A stretch of 56,055 nt of DNA, counting the filler, from Catajapyx aquilonaris (Eukaryota): NCBI GenBank assembly GCA_000934665.2. It is 4 parts of 4 records of this genome, joined end to end, with 100 filler letters (N's around TTAATTAATTAA, not from the genome) between each part and the next. Parts side by side here need not be neighbours in the genome. Positions count along the whole stretch, not along the records: positions 28,092 to 42,029 come from JYFJ02007936.1; positions 42,130 to 56,055 come from JYFJ02007937.1; 2 more parts are not named here. One strand, given 5' to 3'. How positions within the stretch are numbered: the first letter of the stretch is position 1; each line of letters starts with the position of its first letter. The position numbers and the translations under genes were made by a program. Positions 34,961 to 48,532 of this stretch are shown one piece after another. The notes under the pieces are model-generated. The model was not told the origin of the DNA and did no database searches. It was given only the letters and a program-made list of their open reading frames with translations.

Positions 34961-37900
34961 GACTCCCTGTCCCTATCTACTCCACTAGTAGCTGGTGTAG
35001 GTTCAGATGCATCTAATGGCAAACGAAACGCGAAATTTATATGTAATACTGTACCATGAACGACGGATATACTGTATAACAGCATGAAAAAGGTATAAAA
35101 TTCATAACCAACCATCTGTCTCTTCTCTAGTTCTCAATCTTCAGTTGCAACGTATGTGTCCGGCACATCCAGCATAAAATCAAAAGTCTTCCTCGCAACA
35201 AGATGCTCGTAGTTACGTTTAGGACATTGTGATTAAAAATCGTCTGGCGCAAAATCCTCGTATATCTTACAAAATATGCCAGCTAGATTACAGAAGTTAG
35301 GGTGGGGCATTTCCGAGTGTTCCCTCTTGTATAGCACACGCAAATCAAGCAATGACACTTTCCAACTGTTCCTTTTCTGCAGGAGAGGAACAGAAGAGCA
35401 GGATATTCGACCACCTGGGGTTCGATATTTTCGATCTTCGAACACCTGCGTACACCTGCACCAAGGGGTCTTTTTTACTACATGTTCTGTCACCAAATGT
35501 AAATCGCTTTGCACAAATACCCGTCACTCCGACAGTTGGCTCTGAACGTGGCCGTCACCCTGCCAGTTAGTCTCGAGGTGTAGTTGATGGATCTGGGTGC
35601 AGAGCAGAAGTCCCTGAGAATCCCTGCATATAAGCACTCGAGTATGTTCATCGCAATTTGTGTGGGAGGACAAGCAATAGCAAACTTTAAAAAGTCTCTC
35701 TCTGTATTCAACCGGTTTTACGAAACTACAAATCCTTGCAGTTTGTTTGTGAGAGCTGCAGAAGTATGTCTGTATTTGTTGAGAGAATTTTTCTTTCTCA
35801 GTGAAGATTATTGCATGCATTAACAAGCTTTAACTTCCTTCAGGAATAGCATCCAGGTGATCCACAAACTATCCACAGTTGGATCTATAATACAAGAGGT
35901 GTGAGCAAGAGCAAACTTTTCACTTCAGTAATAAAATCAACGAGGAATATTACCGATTATGTGGATTTGGAGCTCAGTGCTGGGTTACTGCTAAAAACAC
36001 TACAGATATCCTCTTTCATTCCTTCCGTTTGATGCGTCATGTACATTACATTTGTGGATGAGATCCACTTGTTTGTGCAAGTGTTTCCAAGTACAAGTGT
36101 CCGCTCTAGAGAGTGTGAGTGGGTAATATTCGCCTTATTCGCCACACACCTTATGCCACTGTTGCTCCATAATAATTGTTTGGAGGTATTTCACCTGGAA
36201 GTCGTCGTACTTCTTTAATCTGGTCCGTCAGTCTTGAAGCCATATAGGTTTTCTTGTGGCTGCAGCAATAGTGGCGCTAGCAGAGAGTATATCCAGAGCA
36301 AAATGTCTAGAGATTGACGCCCTCATTAGCCTACGGATTATATCTTGAGATGTTCTTTACTTACACAGCCCGAGGCATGTTGTTGCACCAAGTGTTGCAC
36401 AGTTCACTGCGGGAATCTTCGTGTCCGGAAGAATCTGCACAAGTCTTGCCTGCTTCACTTGTAACAAACATTATATAATTTCGTTGGCAATCTCGCATTT
36501 CTAATTGTGGCGTTACGCTAAGAAGCTATAAACCTACTAAATGTCGTTTGGAAAAGCCCACGTATTAGTTAACATGTAGATTGCAACACATGATTGAAAT
36601 CCTCTGTCGAATTTAATGAAAAATTATCATCTTTAAACGAGATTTACGAGATTTGCGACATGACAATGTGTAATCCCGTCCAACAGACGTTGGTACTGAA
36701 TATTATATCAAGCTAGGCCAATTCAAAATAAACTGATGGCGCTGACCGTACCGATATTATTGCAATAAGCCATAAGGGTTTGGCTCTCTGTCCTATCATC
36801 ATCCTGACTTGTCCCGGCACCATTATTTTGGACATCTGAAACCTATTTTGCATGTAATTCAGGCCTCATAATTATGCCATTTGGATTTAATCTAGAGGAT
36901 TTGCTGGAGTGTCAATCATTGTTGAGGGACGTTCCTTGTACAATTCAATGGTGAGGTATCTTCGGACTTACGAGACAGATATTTCCGAGTGTGTTATGGA
37001 GATCCCCTTTTCTTCACTGCAGCGGTCCTCTTATGTACGAGTACGACCTCGTATAACCTCGACTGAGCTTCAACCTCGCGTGTGTTCATTGGATGCCGGA
37101 GACCTTGCGACCTCTTAAGGGGGTAAAATATGTCATGAGTGCAGGCAGAGGTCGCTGATTTGTACCAGCCTCAATGTGAGTTTGCTCAAACCGCATTTTC
37201 ATTCCTTCTCATCAGATTCATGATGCTGACCATTCGATTTCACACGATATCGCAGACAGATTAATACTACTGGTGGTATAAAATAACGGTGATTATTATT
37301 GGCCACTTTTGTCGTCGCTTGCGTCGTTGCGTAGAGGTCAGGTATGGCTCCAGGAAGGTCTACTATTCGGGTTGATGTGTTGTTGCGTTTGGGTCACCTG
37401 CCTAGAGGTTGCATGTTTCCTGTAACACCCCATAGCTGTTGGTTCCTAATTTTTAAAAATCTACACGAAACCTAAAAAAATGAGTCCCATGCGCTTGCAT
37501 GCTGCTTGCATAGCTATGGGTCGTCGTCATCACTGATGGACTATGCAGCATGCCATATGCGCACAAAATGTCCGTTTCTCTGCGAGCTTCACCTGGATCT
37601 CTTCATAGGCATATCAAGAGTAAACACTAATTTGCTTCCAGTTGTGTGTGTCATTCAAAAGTGTAAGAATAAAACAAGTCGGTGCTGAATGATTCATCAT
37701 ACACATCCACGCTGATTTGTGCAGACAAATACAAGCTGCGAGGTCCCGAGTGGTTGGTGTAAACAGAATCTACTACCACAAGCCAGGTAAATGCACACTG
37801 GCATTAGGGCGTCGAAGCAGGAGCCCTGGATTTGACCTTTTGCCCCTGGAAACAATAGAGAGGCCTTTAAATATTGCAGTGGTTTGTAGCCGACTAGATA

Positions 37901-39324
37901 TTACTGTTATTCATATTTATTATTGTTACGGTGCCTGTGTTTTTTATAGTCTTCCCAAGGCGATACACCTGTTATTATTTTTGACTAACACGTGCACCGT
38001 TGATTTCATCCTATACTTTTATTGAATCATGCACATGTATTTGCAATGAAATAGCCTCTGTAATGATATTGGTCTAAAATGCAATTCGTTAAGTTAGCCC
38101 TTGGCGATAATCACGTTGAACTTGTCGCCGTTTGCACCATGCGACGCTGGGTCTCTGGACGGTACAGTAGCAGCAATTGACAGTTGCAAATATTGTCAAT
38201 CTGGCATCTACACTTACGGTTCCGGAAGGGGGATCTATCTAGTCCTCCTTACCTAGTTCTTGCCTCGTGCAGCAGTCAATAGTTGTTATGAGTAATGTCG
38301 AAAGCAACTGTGGCGATATTTGTCGTAACGTGTATTGACTAAACCGGATCGCAATTGCTGGGAGGAGAGGAAGGGAAACACGTGTGTATCCTTACTAAAT
38401 ATACTGTAACATGGTCAAGATAATCCTGTGTGGTGCAAGGCAAAATCCGCATGATTGGCGCGTTGTTTGGTTTCTCCAACTGGTTCATGACCATGATGCA
38501 GCCATTTGTGGATTCGAGCGGCGCGACTTGAATGACAAGTTGTGTGGTGTTTGTCATAATGTCACATCCAGATGTGTGTATATGAAGTAAATTACGTGTC
38601 ACGGGTTATTTGAACCATCACGTTCAGCATTGTTCGTTGCAGCTTATATGGTTTGTGTTCTTTACATAGCATACAGTTCCGGCGCATTGTTTGCGTAATA
38701 ATCATGTTTTAATTGTGCGCTAAGGAGCCATTACATGAGAGTTGGAGGTGTCGTCTCTACTGTGCTTTCTGTCCAGCGAGATCTTGTGACTTCATCAAAT
38801 CACCGGCGTGGGCTCTGATTGCGATATGTAATATCACCGCCTTCACAGCAGGTTTCGCTACAAGCGGTTTTATTCTGGGTTTCGAATAATGCTGGTTGGT
38901 GAAATTGTATACGTCACGTGCATGAGAACTGTGAAAATGATTTCAACTTCATCAACGAAGCGAGTGATCTCAACACGTCCACCCATTCTGGATACTCATG
39001 TTAAAAGTTGCCTTTAATTGTAACCCAAAAGTTACCCCATTTGAAAGTTAGTCAGCATTTGTGTTAGAAAGCTTGAGGTTTACATGCGTTTAAGGTGTCG
39101 CTGTAATGACATTTAAAAACCCTTTGAAGCAAGAGAATTCCATCTAGTGACATACAGTATTTACTTAAGTCTCATGTATGTAAGTTTCCATCTTAAAATG
39201 TGGTCCCTGGCAGATATAATGCTTGAAATGTGTTAAAAGATGCACAGTTAAGTAAGCACATATTTTGAATCACTGGAGTGTGGCTGTAAGAAACTTAGTG
39301 TACCTGCATGTCGGTGTGTGTATA

Positions 39325-39400
39325 CAGTGAAACCTGTGTATAGCGGAATCGCACTGGACCCCAAAAACTTTACGTTATGGACAGGTTTCCGCTATAACCA
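39325..39400. mobile_element. Tigger-like left end fragment
   Basis: TA|CAGTGAAACCTGTGTATAGCGG ... ACAGGTTTCCGCTATA. Confidence 0.45.
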
Positions 39401-39671
39401 GATCAAGGGCGTTACTAATTTTTTTTTTTGCCCGCGAGAAAGAGAGGAAAATGGGGAGAGCATAAATAAGCACCTCCTCATTTATTAACACAGACACTAC
39501 TTATCGTTCCGACCTGTCTCATTGGCATGCGCGACAAACAGTCTGCCACAACGTTTGTTTTGCCCTTATTTCGAAATCATAGTCCTGTACCAACTCAATT
39601 TTATGTTCTACTTGTCTCTGCGGTGGTAAACCATCCGGTAAGTCATCAGGAAAGACATCCCCATATTCTAG

Positions 39672-40165
39672 CTACATATCCTTTATACCTTCATCATCAT
39701 CTTTCCGACTCACCTCAATGACATCCTTTTGTATGACCATAAACAATTCTCCCTCAATAGCAGTGTCGACTTCCCTTTCAAACTCCATGTGATGTAGCAT
39801 CATGGAAGCCATCGGCACCCTGATGGTTATGACGGGTAGTTGAACCCATCTGCTCCCCACCTTCACCTCAATCCTATCATTTTTTCCCAATCAACAACGG
39901 GATTGTATCGTCGAATCCAAGGGAGCCCCAAAATAATGTCATGTTTTTCTAAATGCAACACGTGTGCTGGAAATGAACACTTCACCGCTGGCCCGCTGTG
40001 GTTGCTTCTTACGGGGGAATTCACGTGACCATGTCCCGTGCCGCGACACGTGAAACATACCATGTTCTGGCGGTTCGCCCTGGCGATATGAGAGAAGTCC
40101 ATGGCTTCTCCAGCACCCGGAGAAAACGTGTTCCCACGCTGACCCACTGATGTAGACGGGAGCAC
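39672..40165 (-). mobile_element. Ty3/Gypsy gag-knuckle and aspartic protease relic
   Basis: EAMDFS, CFTCRGTGH, then AHVLHLEKHDIILGLPWIRRYNPVVDW; internally deleted. Confidence 0.75.
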
Positions 40166-40243
40166 GTCATTTGTAATGTACAGTACATCAGAGTACCGAA
40201 CATTTGCTACTATTTTCCATGGGGTAAAAATTGTGTAAGAGTT

Positions 40244-40422
40244 TATCAGCGTTAAAAATCACACAGAATGTAACAAAATAATTGGTGCACAAGCATGTTT
40301 GATAGTACAGGATATTGCCAATGATCCATTACGGATGCTCAAGGTAATTATCGTGTACGTAATGTAGTCGGACACATGACATACTGTATGTGACATGATA
40401 TGACACTTACGAGTACCTTAAC
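40244..40422. repeat. Dispersed direct repeat, copy 2
   Basis: See 33369-33640. Confidence 0.8.
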
Positions 40423-40606
40423 TTTACTTTAATAACAATTGTAATATATCAGTGCTTTCATATCTTAAAACAAACTCCCACATTTTCAGGTTTCAAAAAC
40501 CGCCAAATTAGTTATTTAGATCTTGGTTTTAGGTTTTTAAACCCTTATTTTAGTATTACATTTGATCAATAAACATACTTAGAACTGTTATTTAAGTTTC
40601 TAAATA

Positions 40607-42029
40607 TTCATTCATTCATTTCATTTATTCCTTAGGTTTTCACCCCTCAGGAAGACTTCCCTTTACAGTTATATAAATATCATACAGCATCATAATCATC
40701 AAAAATAATAACTTGTACATCAGAATTCTAATAATAGAAAACACAACTTTTCATACACCTGATCAATCCAGTATTATATCCACAAAACGGAGGTATTTTG
40801 TCGCCTCCCTAAAGTAGTCAAACAATCGTGTCATTAATTGATCGTGGGGGGTAACAAATAATAAATGGGGAGAACCCTTTGGTGGCGGTGCGACTTCATG
40901 AAGGCAAATTGTTCTTGTTGAATTAAAAAATGGACACTCAAAAAGAAAGTGATACAATGAGAAAGGTTCATTCATATTACACAGTGTACAGGAATCATTT
41001 GACCAAATAAACTTGTAGCCTTCAAACCACATGCACCTTGGATTTAGTCTCAAGTTTGCCCAAAAGCGGGAGAATCTCAGTGTCATCGGCTTACTCACAT
41101 ATGGTTGGCCTATATACAATGGTTGCAATTGAACATAATAGCCATGTGAACGTGAACTCTCCAGCAGGCCCATGTCCAATGCAATTGTATTATCGGTATA
41201 ATTTTTTATAAATTGGCTACACTGAGTCTGATCTTCACCCAGTTGTTTCCAGCCCTCCCACGAGGTACCCATCACATTGAGGACTTTGGTTTCGACTAAA
41301 ATTCTCCAGTCCCACGCCAGCGACCGCTCTCCCAACATACACATATCAAACGCCCTTTTTACTAGTCTGTCCTCCGGCAGTGACTGGATCCTCAATAACA
41401 AGCGTAGCAACTGTCTTACCACCCCCACCGCAAGAGGGCGTCTACCGAATTCCAAATGTATAAGATATGATGGGGGTGGATACAGCTAGATGCAATAAAC
41501 GCTTGATAAAATATAGCTGGACTTCCTCGATTTCCTGGAGATAACTCAGCGCCCAGATCGCTGCCCCATAACAAATGATCGGTGCAATTTGTGCCTCGAA
41601 CAAACGAAGCGCCAAGGATACAGACTTCAATTTTAACTTATTTATCAATCCAATCGTAACGTCCGCCGCCGCTTTTGCTTTGGGAATAAAATGTGTTAGG
41701 TTACGCCGGAATTTGCCCGAGGAGGAAAACCAGATTCCCAGGTACTTATACTCGGCGACTGTCAAGATACCTGTGTCTGACAGGCACCTAGTATCTGCTG
41801 AAGACAGTCGCCCCCCCCTTTCTAAAGACCATTAATTTAGATTTTGCTACATTCAAAGTTAGGCCTTTGGAAGTGATATACTCAATAAATGATTTTACCA
41901 ATCTGCTCGCATAAAGCCTATTACACAGCGCCACAAAAAAAAACTTTCGGCGTGTTATTCGGAAACCACTATGCACATCATGTTAGTAGGACCCGAAGTA
42001 GCTGGGAAACGCCCGGGATTTCTCTCCCA
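40607..42029 (-). mobile_element. Non-LTR retrotransposon 3' part (RT C-terminus + CCHC), RTE-X-like, frameshifted
   Basis: GLTLNVAKSKLMVFRKGG, EYKYLGIWF, PIICYGAAIW, EFGRRPL, CTLCNMNEPFSLYHFLFECP in three frames; AATAAA + (ATGA)n tail at 40607-40630. Confidence 0.85.
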
Positions 42030-42129
42030 NNNNNNNNNNNNNNNNNNNNNNNNNNNNNNNNNNNNNNNNNNNNTTAATTAATTAANNNNNNNNNNNNNNN
42101 NNNNNNNNNNNNNNNNNNNNNNNNNNNNN
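42030..42129. other. Artificial contig spacer
   Basis: N44-TTAATTAATTAA-N44. Confidence 0.95.
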
Positions 42130-42483
42130 ATCCCAAAGTTTGGCCAAACCAAGACTGCCACACTCGTGCCCTTTCACACACTTACGGTAATTCGCCGTAA
42201 AAACCTCGCGACAGCCTCGAATCTCACTGGTACCGACATGGAAAGGAGTGATTGCGGGTCAAAATAAAAAACTGTATCTGACCGCGGCGGCCGCAAATAT
42301 CGCCCCAGGAGAAAAATAAGCGCACCATCTCAAAGTGCAACCCTTTCGCGTCCAGATACTCCAGTTTCATGCCGATACCTCCATATTTGCGGCCGTGACA
42401 GCGAGAGGAAGAAGTGTCAAACTCACGGGCCGGCCCGCGACGGGCTACCCGCAACAATGAATAGCGTAGCCTAGAGCGCGCTC
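42130..42483. mobile_element. End of TTAA-targeting DNA transposon (Sola3-like GAG terminus)
   Basis: Ends CCTAGAGCGCGCTC|TTAA; reverse complement of 55591-55944. Confidence 0.7.
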
Positions 42484-42527
42484 TTAACTGCCCTTTTTAA
42501 AAAACTTTAATGCAGGTGGATTTAATT

Positions 42528-42660
42528 GTTGGAGGAAATGGGAGAACCCTGAGATAATGCAAACATGGAGAAAACGGTCAATAAAAACTCTCCACATGGG
42601 AAAATCCTTTGCCTGACCTAGGGATTGAACTTGAGATCTCAGAGGTGGAAACCTGTGGCT
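42528..42660 (-). mobile_element. Degraded SINE, family B-like
   Basis: Reverse complement resembles 48185-48315 (CCACAG..TTCCACCTCT, GGGTTCTCCC.TTTCCTCC). Confidence 0.5.
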
Positions 42661-42918
42661 TGTTGCCTTAATTTTTAGTTTCTAATGGATAATGCTTTAT
42701 TTATTCATTTATCTACTGATTTGCCTGCTTTTACAGGGTGTATATTGTATCATAATTAATTAATTATTTGTTTACTTATTTACTGTATTTTAGGATGTAA
42801 CCTGAATGTGTAAAAGGGCTGCCTGTATTACAATTCTCTGTGGTTTATTTCATGGTAGCTTTGGCGCTTTTAGTTCTGGTGAGTAGATAGTATTGAAATT
42901 CTTAATTGATTATTTCAG

Positions 42919-44125
42919 GAATTACCGTGATGATGACGAACAAAGTGATGACACAGATGGGGATGAGGACAGCAGTAGTGACGAAGGATATGTCCATGAT
43001 CATGTTTTTGAGGAAGAGAAAGGAGTAAAGAAGAGAAGATTGGATGATGACAGCAATGAAGAAAGTAATGTCAAGAGGAAGCAATCCAGCAGCAATGATG
43101 AAGGGGATGATGAAACTGATGGTGAAACAGATGATGAAGATGGAGTAGGGAATCCCCTGGTGACAGATTTGGTGAGCAAATCCAAAGAAGATAAGCGGCG
43201 TCGTAAGGCCGAAATGTTCTTCGACAAGGAGATATTTGCAGAGCTGGATGAAAATGAAAAGGACGAGGATTATGAGATTGAACTGGCTGCACAGAAGAAT
43301 GGGGCTGCCAAGAACCTGCCTCCAAAAGATGTGATTAAGAAGCCTTCTTCTGCATCTGAGAGTTCAGAATCTGAAACTGAGTCCGAGTCTGATTCTGAGT
43401 CCAAGCCAGAAGATGAAAATAATCTTGAAGTAGTTCCAAAATCTAAACCTAAGGCAAAGAAACTCAAGTTAGATGCAGAAGGACTTGCAGTTGGCACTAT
43501 AATGGTGCAGTCAAAGCGCATGAAACGTGACATAATGGATTCTGGTTGGAATAGATATGCATTTAATGATGACAACCTTCCAGCATGGTTTGTTGAAGAT
43601 GAACGGAAACACATGAAAGCTGCAGTACCAGTGCCAAAAGAACTGGTAGATGAGTATCGTGAGAATCTGAAAGAGATCAATGCCCGTCCTATTAAGAAGG
43701 TCATTGAGGCAAAGGCAAGGAAGAAGAGGCGCTTATTGCGGCGCATGGAACGTGCTCGCAAAAAGGCAGAGACCATCCTGGAGAAGTCTGAGGTGAGTGA
43801 TGCAGAGAAGGCACAGCAGATAAAGCAGTTGTACCAGAAAGCAAATGGAAGTGGAAAGAAAAAGAAGAAGGTTACGTATGTTGTGGCTAGAAAGCAGTCT
43901 TCTATGAAGCGAATGAAGAAACCACCAGGCATAAAGGGTCCAGTGAAGGTTGTGGATCCAAGGATGAAAAAGGATGACAGGAGGAGGAAGACAAATGAGA
44001 AGAAGTCAAGAATGAAGGGCAAGGTGGGAAGGGAAGCCAGAAAGCATATGGGGAAAGGAAGAAATCTGGGGGGTAAGCGGGGGAAAAAAATGAAAATGGG
44101 TGGCATGAAGGGCAAACGGGACTGA
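42919..44125 (+). CDS. FTSJ3: Pre-rRNA 2'-O-ribose methyltransferase FTSJ3/Spb1, terminal exon (Spb1 C-terminal domain); 5' exons not in window
   Basis: TTTCAG| acceptor at 42918; LDAEGLAVG...DSGWNRYAFNDDNLPAWFVEDE..., EINARPIKKVIEAKARKKRR, VTYVVARK, GPVKVVDPRMKKD; AATAAA at 44164. Confidence 0.93.
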
Positions 44126-44969
44126 GGTGTTGGATTGTTTTATCGCCATTGAAATTTGAACATAATAAAAGCTACGTTTGTTCATATGTTAGGGGACACA
44201 TTATTTGTTGAAGTAACCCCTTGTTGCTCACTGTCTTACTCCACTCAACACCGACATACTGTATCTTACATCAGCATGGATTTATAGCCACCAAATGTGT
44301 TTTTTTTACATAATTTGGTTGTCGCCAGTCTTTCAATTCAACCCACATTACGTAATCCTTGGATTTGCCCGAAATGTCAGTGTGCCAAACTGTGCCAAAG
44401 TCAACCGTATTTATCCAATACAGTAGTGACGTACATGAGTCTACAACGCCATCATTCCACAAAAGTTCCAACTTCTATCAAGTGTTGCCAGACGCCGTAT
44501 CTTAAAAACAATCCTTACTTTTTTGCCCGTAAAATATTTCAATAAAACCACCCTACATAAATATCTACGAATATGGTCACTCTTACACTTGCAAAACTCT
44601 TGACGTAGTGCCAATACGAGCCCATTACATCACAGCTACCTGACAACGCATCGTCACCTTGCGCTCGCGCAATAAAAAAAAATGGAACTGCAAAAAAAGT
44701 GAAGACGAAACGGGGAGCTGCCATCTTGGAAAAATACAGGAGAGTGCTCGGGAGAGAGAGATGGTCGGATCGGCTGGATCACCGTCCTAGTTGCGACCAG
44801 CTGGCCCCGGAGACTTGGCCCCTCACGACAACGGAACCTGTGTCAGCCAGCGGATCCCTGACTCACCAGCCCGCCCGCCCGCCTGCCTCTGTCGCAGCCA
44901 GAGGAAAACGCCCGACACACTTCGGGGTTGAGGGGGACAGCTGGTGTGTGGCCTGGCCCGACCTGAAAG

Positions 44970-45103
44970 ATGACGGAGACCAAGGCGACGCCGCAGCACA
45001 GCGAGCCGGAGATGAAGGGATGGCTGAACAAGTGGACCAACTACCTCAAGGGATACCAGAAGAGGTGGTTCGTCCTCTCCAGCGGATTGCTCTCTTACTA
45101 CAG
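44970..45103 (+). CDS. OSBP: Oxysterol-binding protein, exon 1 (PH domain start)
   Basis: [44 protein letters not shown](R); phase-2 donor AG|GTACTA. Confidence 0.92.
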
Positions 45104-47535
45104 GTACTAAGCTGGGGAGGGTGGTGGAAGAGAAGGAGGAACTGGTGGGTGGCATACGTGTTAGGCCAAGCGGTGTGGTCAGAGGGCAAGTAGTCACAAC
45201 AAGTGGGTGAGAGATGCCCTGACTTGCATAATTGGTAGTGGCAGAAAGCCAACATGGTGTAAATTAACTGCAGGTTCCGTCAGAGCTGTAGGTTGGCGCA
45301 CAGGTGCCCTTGAAGAGTATGCAACATTAATGACCCATTCTACAGCTTCAGAAGTTTTATTGTCACAGCCCTTGACCAAAATTCAGGAGGTGAAGCCCCA
45401 ACTTCTCTACCCTGCACTAAGTTTCCATGTACCTTACTCTCAAGTCGTAATTCCTGAGAGTTAGCATTTGGTAATGTCTTAAAATTTGTGCATTTCCAGG
45501 CTCGATGCTTTTTTTAACTGGTTTTCCTCTCGTGACTGTGGCTCACTTTTTCTCTCCCATCTCCCCCACAGTTCCTGCTGACTGACCCAGAGCATCTCCA
45601 CTGCCTCGTTAAAAACCTTGTTAACTATTTAGTTCCCTCTTCTCTTTATTTTTAACAAACGATTGGAATTCAGCAGTGCTGATAACCTGCATTTGCATGC
45701 AACGTTTTACCAAGCATTTATATTTATGTGGAATGTTATGCAAAAGGAAAGCAGGAAGGGATTTTTATGTTATACCCTATGCACATAATGGAGCCAATTT
45801 TGCATGCAGAAAGATGTTATCGACAATGAGGTATTTAATTATTGTGTTGAGAATGAGGAAAAGATAATATTTGAAGTAGTTGATAGGATTAAGAAAATTG
45901 GTGTGTGGAGGCTTACAGTAATTAGGAAAAAGGATGAGGGTTGCCTCTGGAGGTGGGAGAAGTGGTGGTCTCAGCTACGAAAACCGGCCTAAAGGCAAAT
46001 TCACAGGCCCAGAGAATTGCTGTGCCAACTTACCCTATGACCAGATTGATCAGTGTAAACCTCCTCTTAGACTGGGTTGTACCATTGCAGGTTTCACTGG
46101 ACACCCAGGGGCTACAGTTGGTAATAATTTTATCGTGCCCAGCATTTAATAGCAATGGTAGCCCTGGAGTTACAGGCAAAATCTGAGATAGTGCAAACTG
46201 GCTTTTAAAGTGGATGAGCTTGTCTGCAAATGCACCAGGGATATCAGAGCTGTATATATGTTGTGCACTGAATTTGTGGTAACCTGCAATATAATTCACT
46301 TCATAGGATAATGCAGGAAAATCTTTTCAACTAGTTCAGTTAACATTTGGGATTGTTAGGTAAAGGAAAATAAACTAAAACTAGAAAAACCCTCGCTGCG
46401 CTCGCATTTTTCTATGATGGAGGCGTAGAAAACCACCCACTTCACTCGCTTTTTTCTAGGCCTAGGGCCTGCAGTGCCTACCACATTTTTAATCGCTTCG
46501 GATTTATAGCCAATGATGATGCCCATCCTCCAATCATATGCATACACCCCCACCCGTTCTTCCGTGCATTCACATATCCGTGATCATGTACCCTGCAACC
46601 CATCTGCAATCTTTGCTTTGCATTGGCTGGGAAATATGCATTTTCCCACCTCAACATACCAATACCTGTTGAATTGTAAAAATCCCCAGTTATTGTATGA
46701 ACAGAAATTCACTACCTCTACTGCTTCTCTTCCACCCATTGCGCATGCTCGGAACAGGGCCAATTGAAGGTGTCATGGTAATAATACATCCACGTAACAA
46801 TGAACGGGGGCCAATTGGAACGTGGTGGTCACAACAATGGGTGGCTGACCAATCAGAGGGCTTATACAAACACCGCAAGGATTTTAATATGATAGATAGT
46901 ATTATGGTGTCTTAAAATTGCACATTTGCAGACTGAACAATATGAAATATATGAGTCACAGGTTATTTTTTAAATACTTTTCCTATTCCCTGGACTCATA
47001 GGATATCATATTTTGGCCAGATGATACTGATGGGAAGGAGGAATACAAATCTGCTGTTGAGTGACTTGTAGCAAATTGATACCTTGTGATAATTCATGCA
47101 TTACTTCATGTAATGTAAACCATTGCAGCTGAGTAGCAAATTGTGGTTAAATTTGTTGTTTATTATAGGACTCCTAATGATTTCTGATTGCATGAGGCAG
47201 CGGCAAGTGCTGCAAGGATTAATTTTGCACATTATGTAACAGTACTTCAACGTGGCTAATGAAAGAACAGGGGAACTACCCCAACATGCATTCGTTAGTA
47301 TGAAACTCATATGGAGTGGAGATATGGCCAAGCCAAATTAATGTTCATGAACTTATTTAGACTCATTTTTCAGCAAAATTTGTAGCCATTAGATAAAAAT
47401 GTGGGTTGCTCAAAAATTAGTACGAGAGAGAGAACACGATCTTAAGTCATTCTGTGAATATTCAAAATTACTGTTAAGTCATTCTAGCATTATAAGGTAA
47501 ATGCATTTGATATATGTTAACTTTTTTATACAGAA

Positions 47536-47872
47536 TTTTTTCTTAAATACCCTGTGATAGGGCCCTGGGGGCCCTTTTAGGGGGTGGAATACCACCACCT
47601 TTTTTTCCAGTTGATTTTTCGGAATTTTTCTTCATTCACCGTTGCAGGGAAGAAAGGTCGTGAAGTAGGAATGGGGATTTCTGGGGAGAAGACAGGGGTG
47701 TAGGTGTGATGTCATTACACTGGAGTCATGTGCAATCTCCCTGGCGGTTAGGTTGCCAGATGCCTCCATGTCGCATGTCAGAGACCCTCCCGATGCAGGG
47801 GAAAGGGGGATTGAACCTGGGTCCTTCCGCTCAGCAAGCTGAGTCGTAACCACTCGGCCACCACGCCTCCCC
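47536..47872 (-). mobile_element. tRNA-derived SINE, family A copy 2
   Basis: Same head and body (GGAGGGTCTCTGAC, CTGGCAACCTAACC) as 26968-27342. Confidence 0.85.
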
Positions 47873-48154
47873 TACATAGACATTAACTTGAGAAGGCTGA
47901 CACTGGCTTTTGCAAGTTATTGCCATTTTTTCACATGGATGTTTCAGCATTTCAGCACACAATACTTTGGATAAGTAAAATAGTTGCGATATTTTATGTA
48001 TAATGTAAAGCTGGATAAAAAGAGTAGTGGGATTATTTTCTTTCAAGCAGCATTCCCATAAAAGGCAAAAAGAGTGACCTTGTTCAGGTTATTTTAATGC
48101 GTAGAGAAATTAATACATCCCATGGTGTAATGAAAGTAATGTATTGACTATGTT

Positions 48155-48413
48155 AGGGTGACACGGTGGCCGAGTGGTTAGCGCCACAGCCTTCCACCTC
48201 TAAGGTCCCGATTTCGATCCCCGGGTCGGACGGAGGATACTTATGTGGATAGAGTTTCGATGGGTTCTCTCCGTGTTCGCGTGGGTTTTCTCGGGGTTCT
48301 CCCGTTTCCTCCCGCTATCAAAATCCATCACATTTCAGGCAAATGATTAAAGTCGGTATTTAAAAGATGATCCCCTAAGAGGCCCAAGGGGCCTATCACG
48401 GGGTATCCATTAT
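48155..48413 (+). mobile_element. tRNA-derived SINE, family B
   Basis: GGTGGCCGAGTGGTTAGCG A box, TTCGATCCC B box, GTGGGTTTTCTCGGGGTTCTCCCGTTTCCTCCC core; TSD TATTGACTATGTT / TATTGGCTATGTT. Confidence 0.85.
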
Positions 48414-48532
48414 TATTGGCTATGTTTTATGGGGATTTTTTGGTCAAGCCATTTGCTTTCGCTAGCTGTAGGGTCACATTTCCTTGTATGAGTTGTTTCT
48501 TCATCAGGTAACAGATAAGTGTTTTACAAATA

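Noticed and set aside
35520..35580. WQGDG/TFR MULE-like motif across a frameshift on minus strand
   Set aside because: No supporting downstream MULE motifs could be read; too short to call.
33369..40422. Direct repeats as the LTR pair of one 7-kb element
   Set aside because: Integrase lies outside the pair; no TG..CA ends, TSD or RT found between them.
43270..44115. 281-aa antisense ORF
   Set aside because: Shadow of the Lys/Glu-rich FTSJ3 exon.
44699..45193. 164-aa ORF over the OSBP start
   Set aside because: Alternate frame of GC-rich OSBP exon 1; the PH-domain frame starts at 44970.
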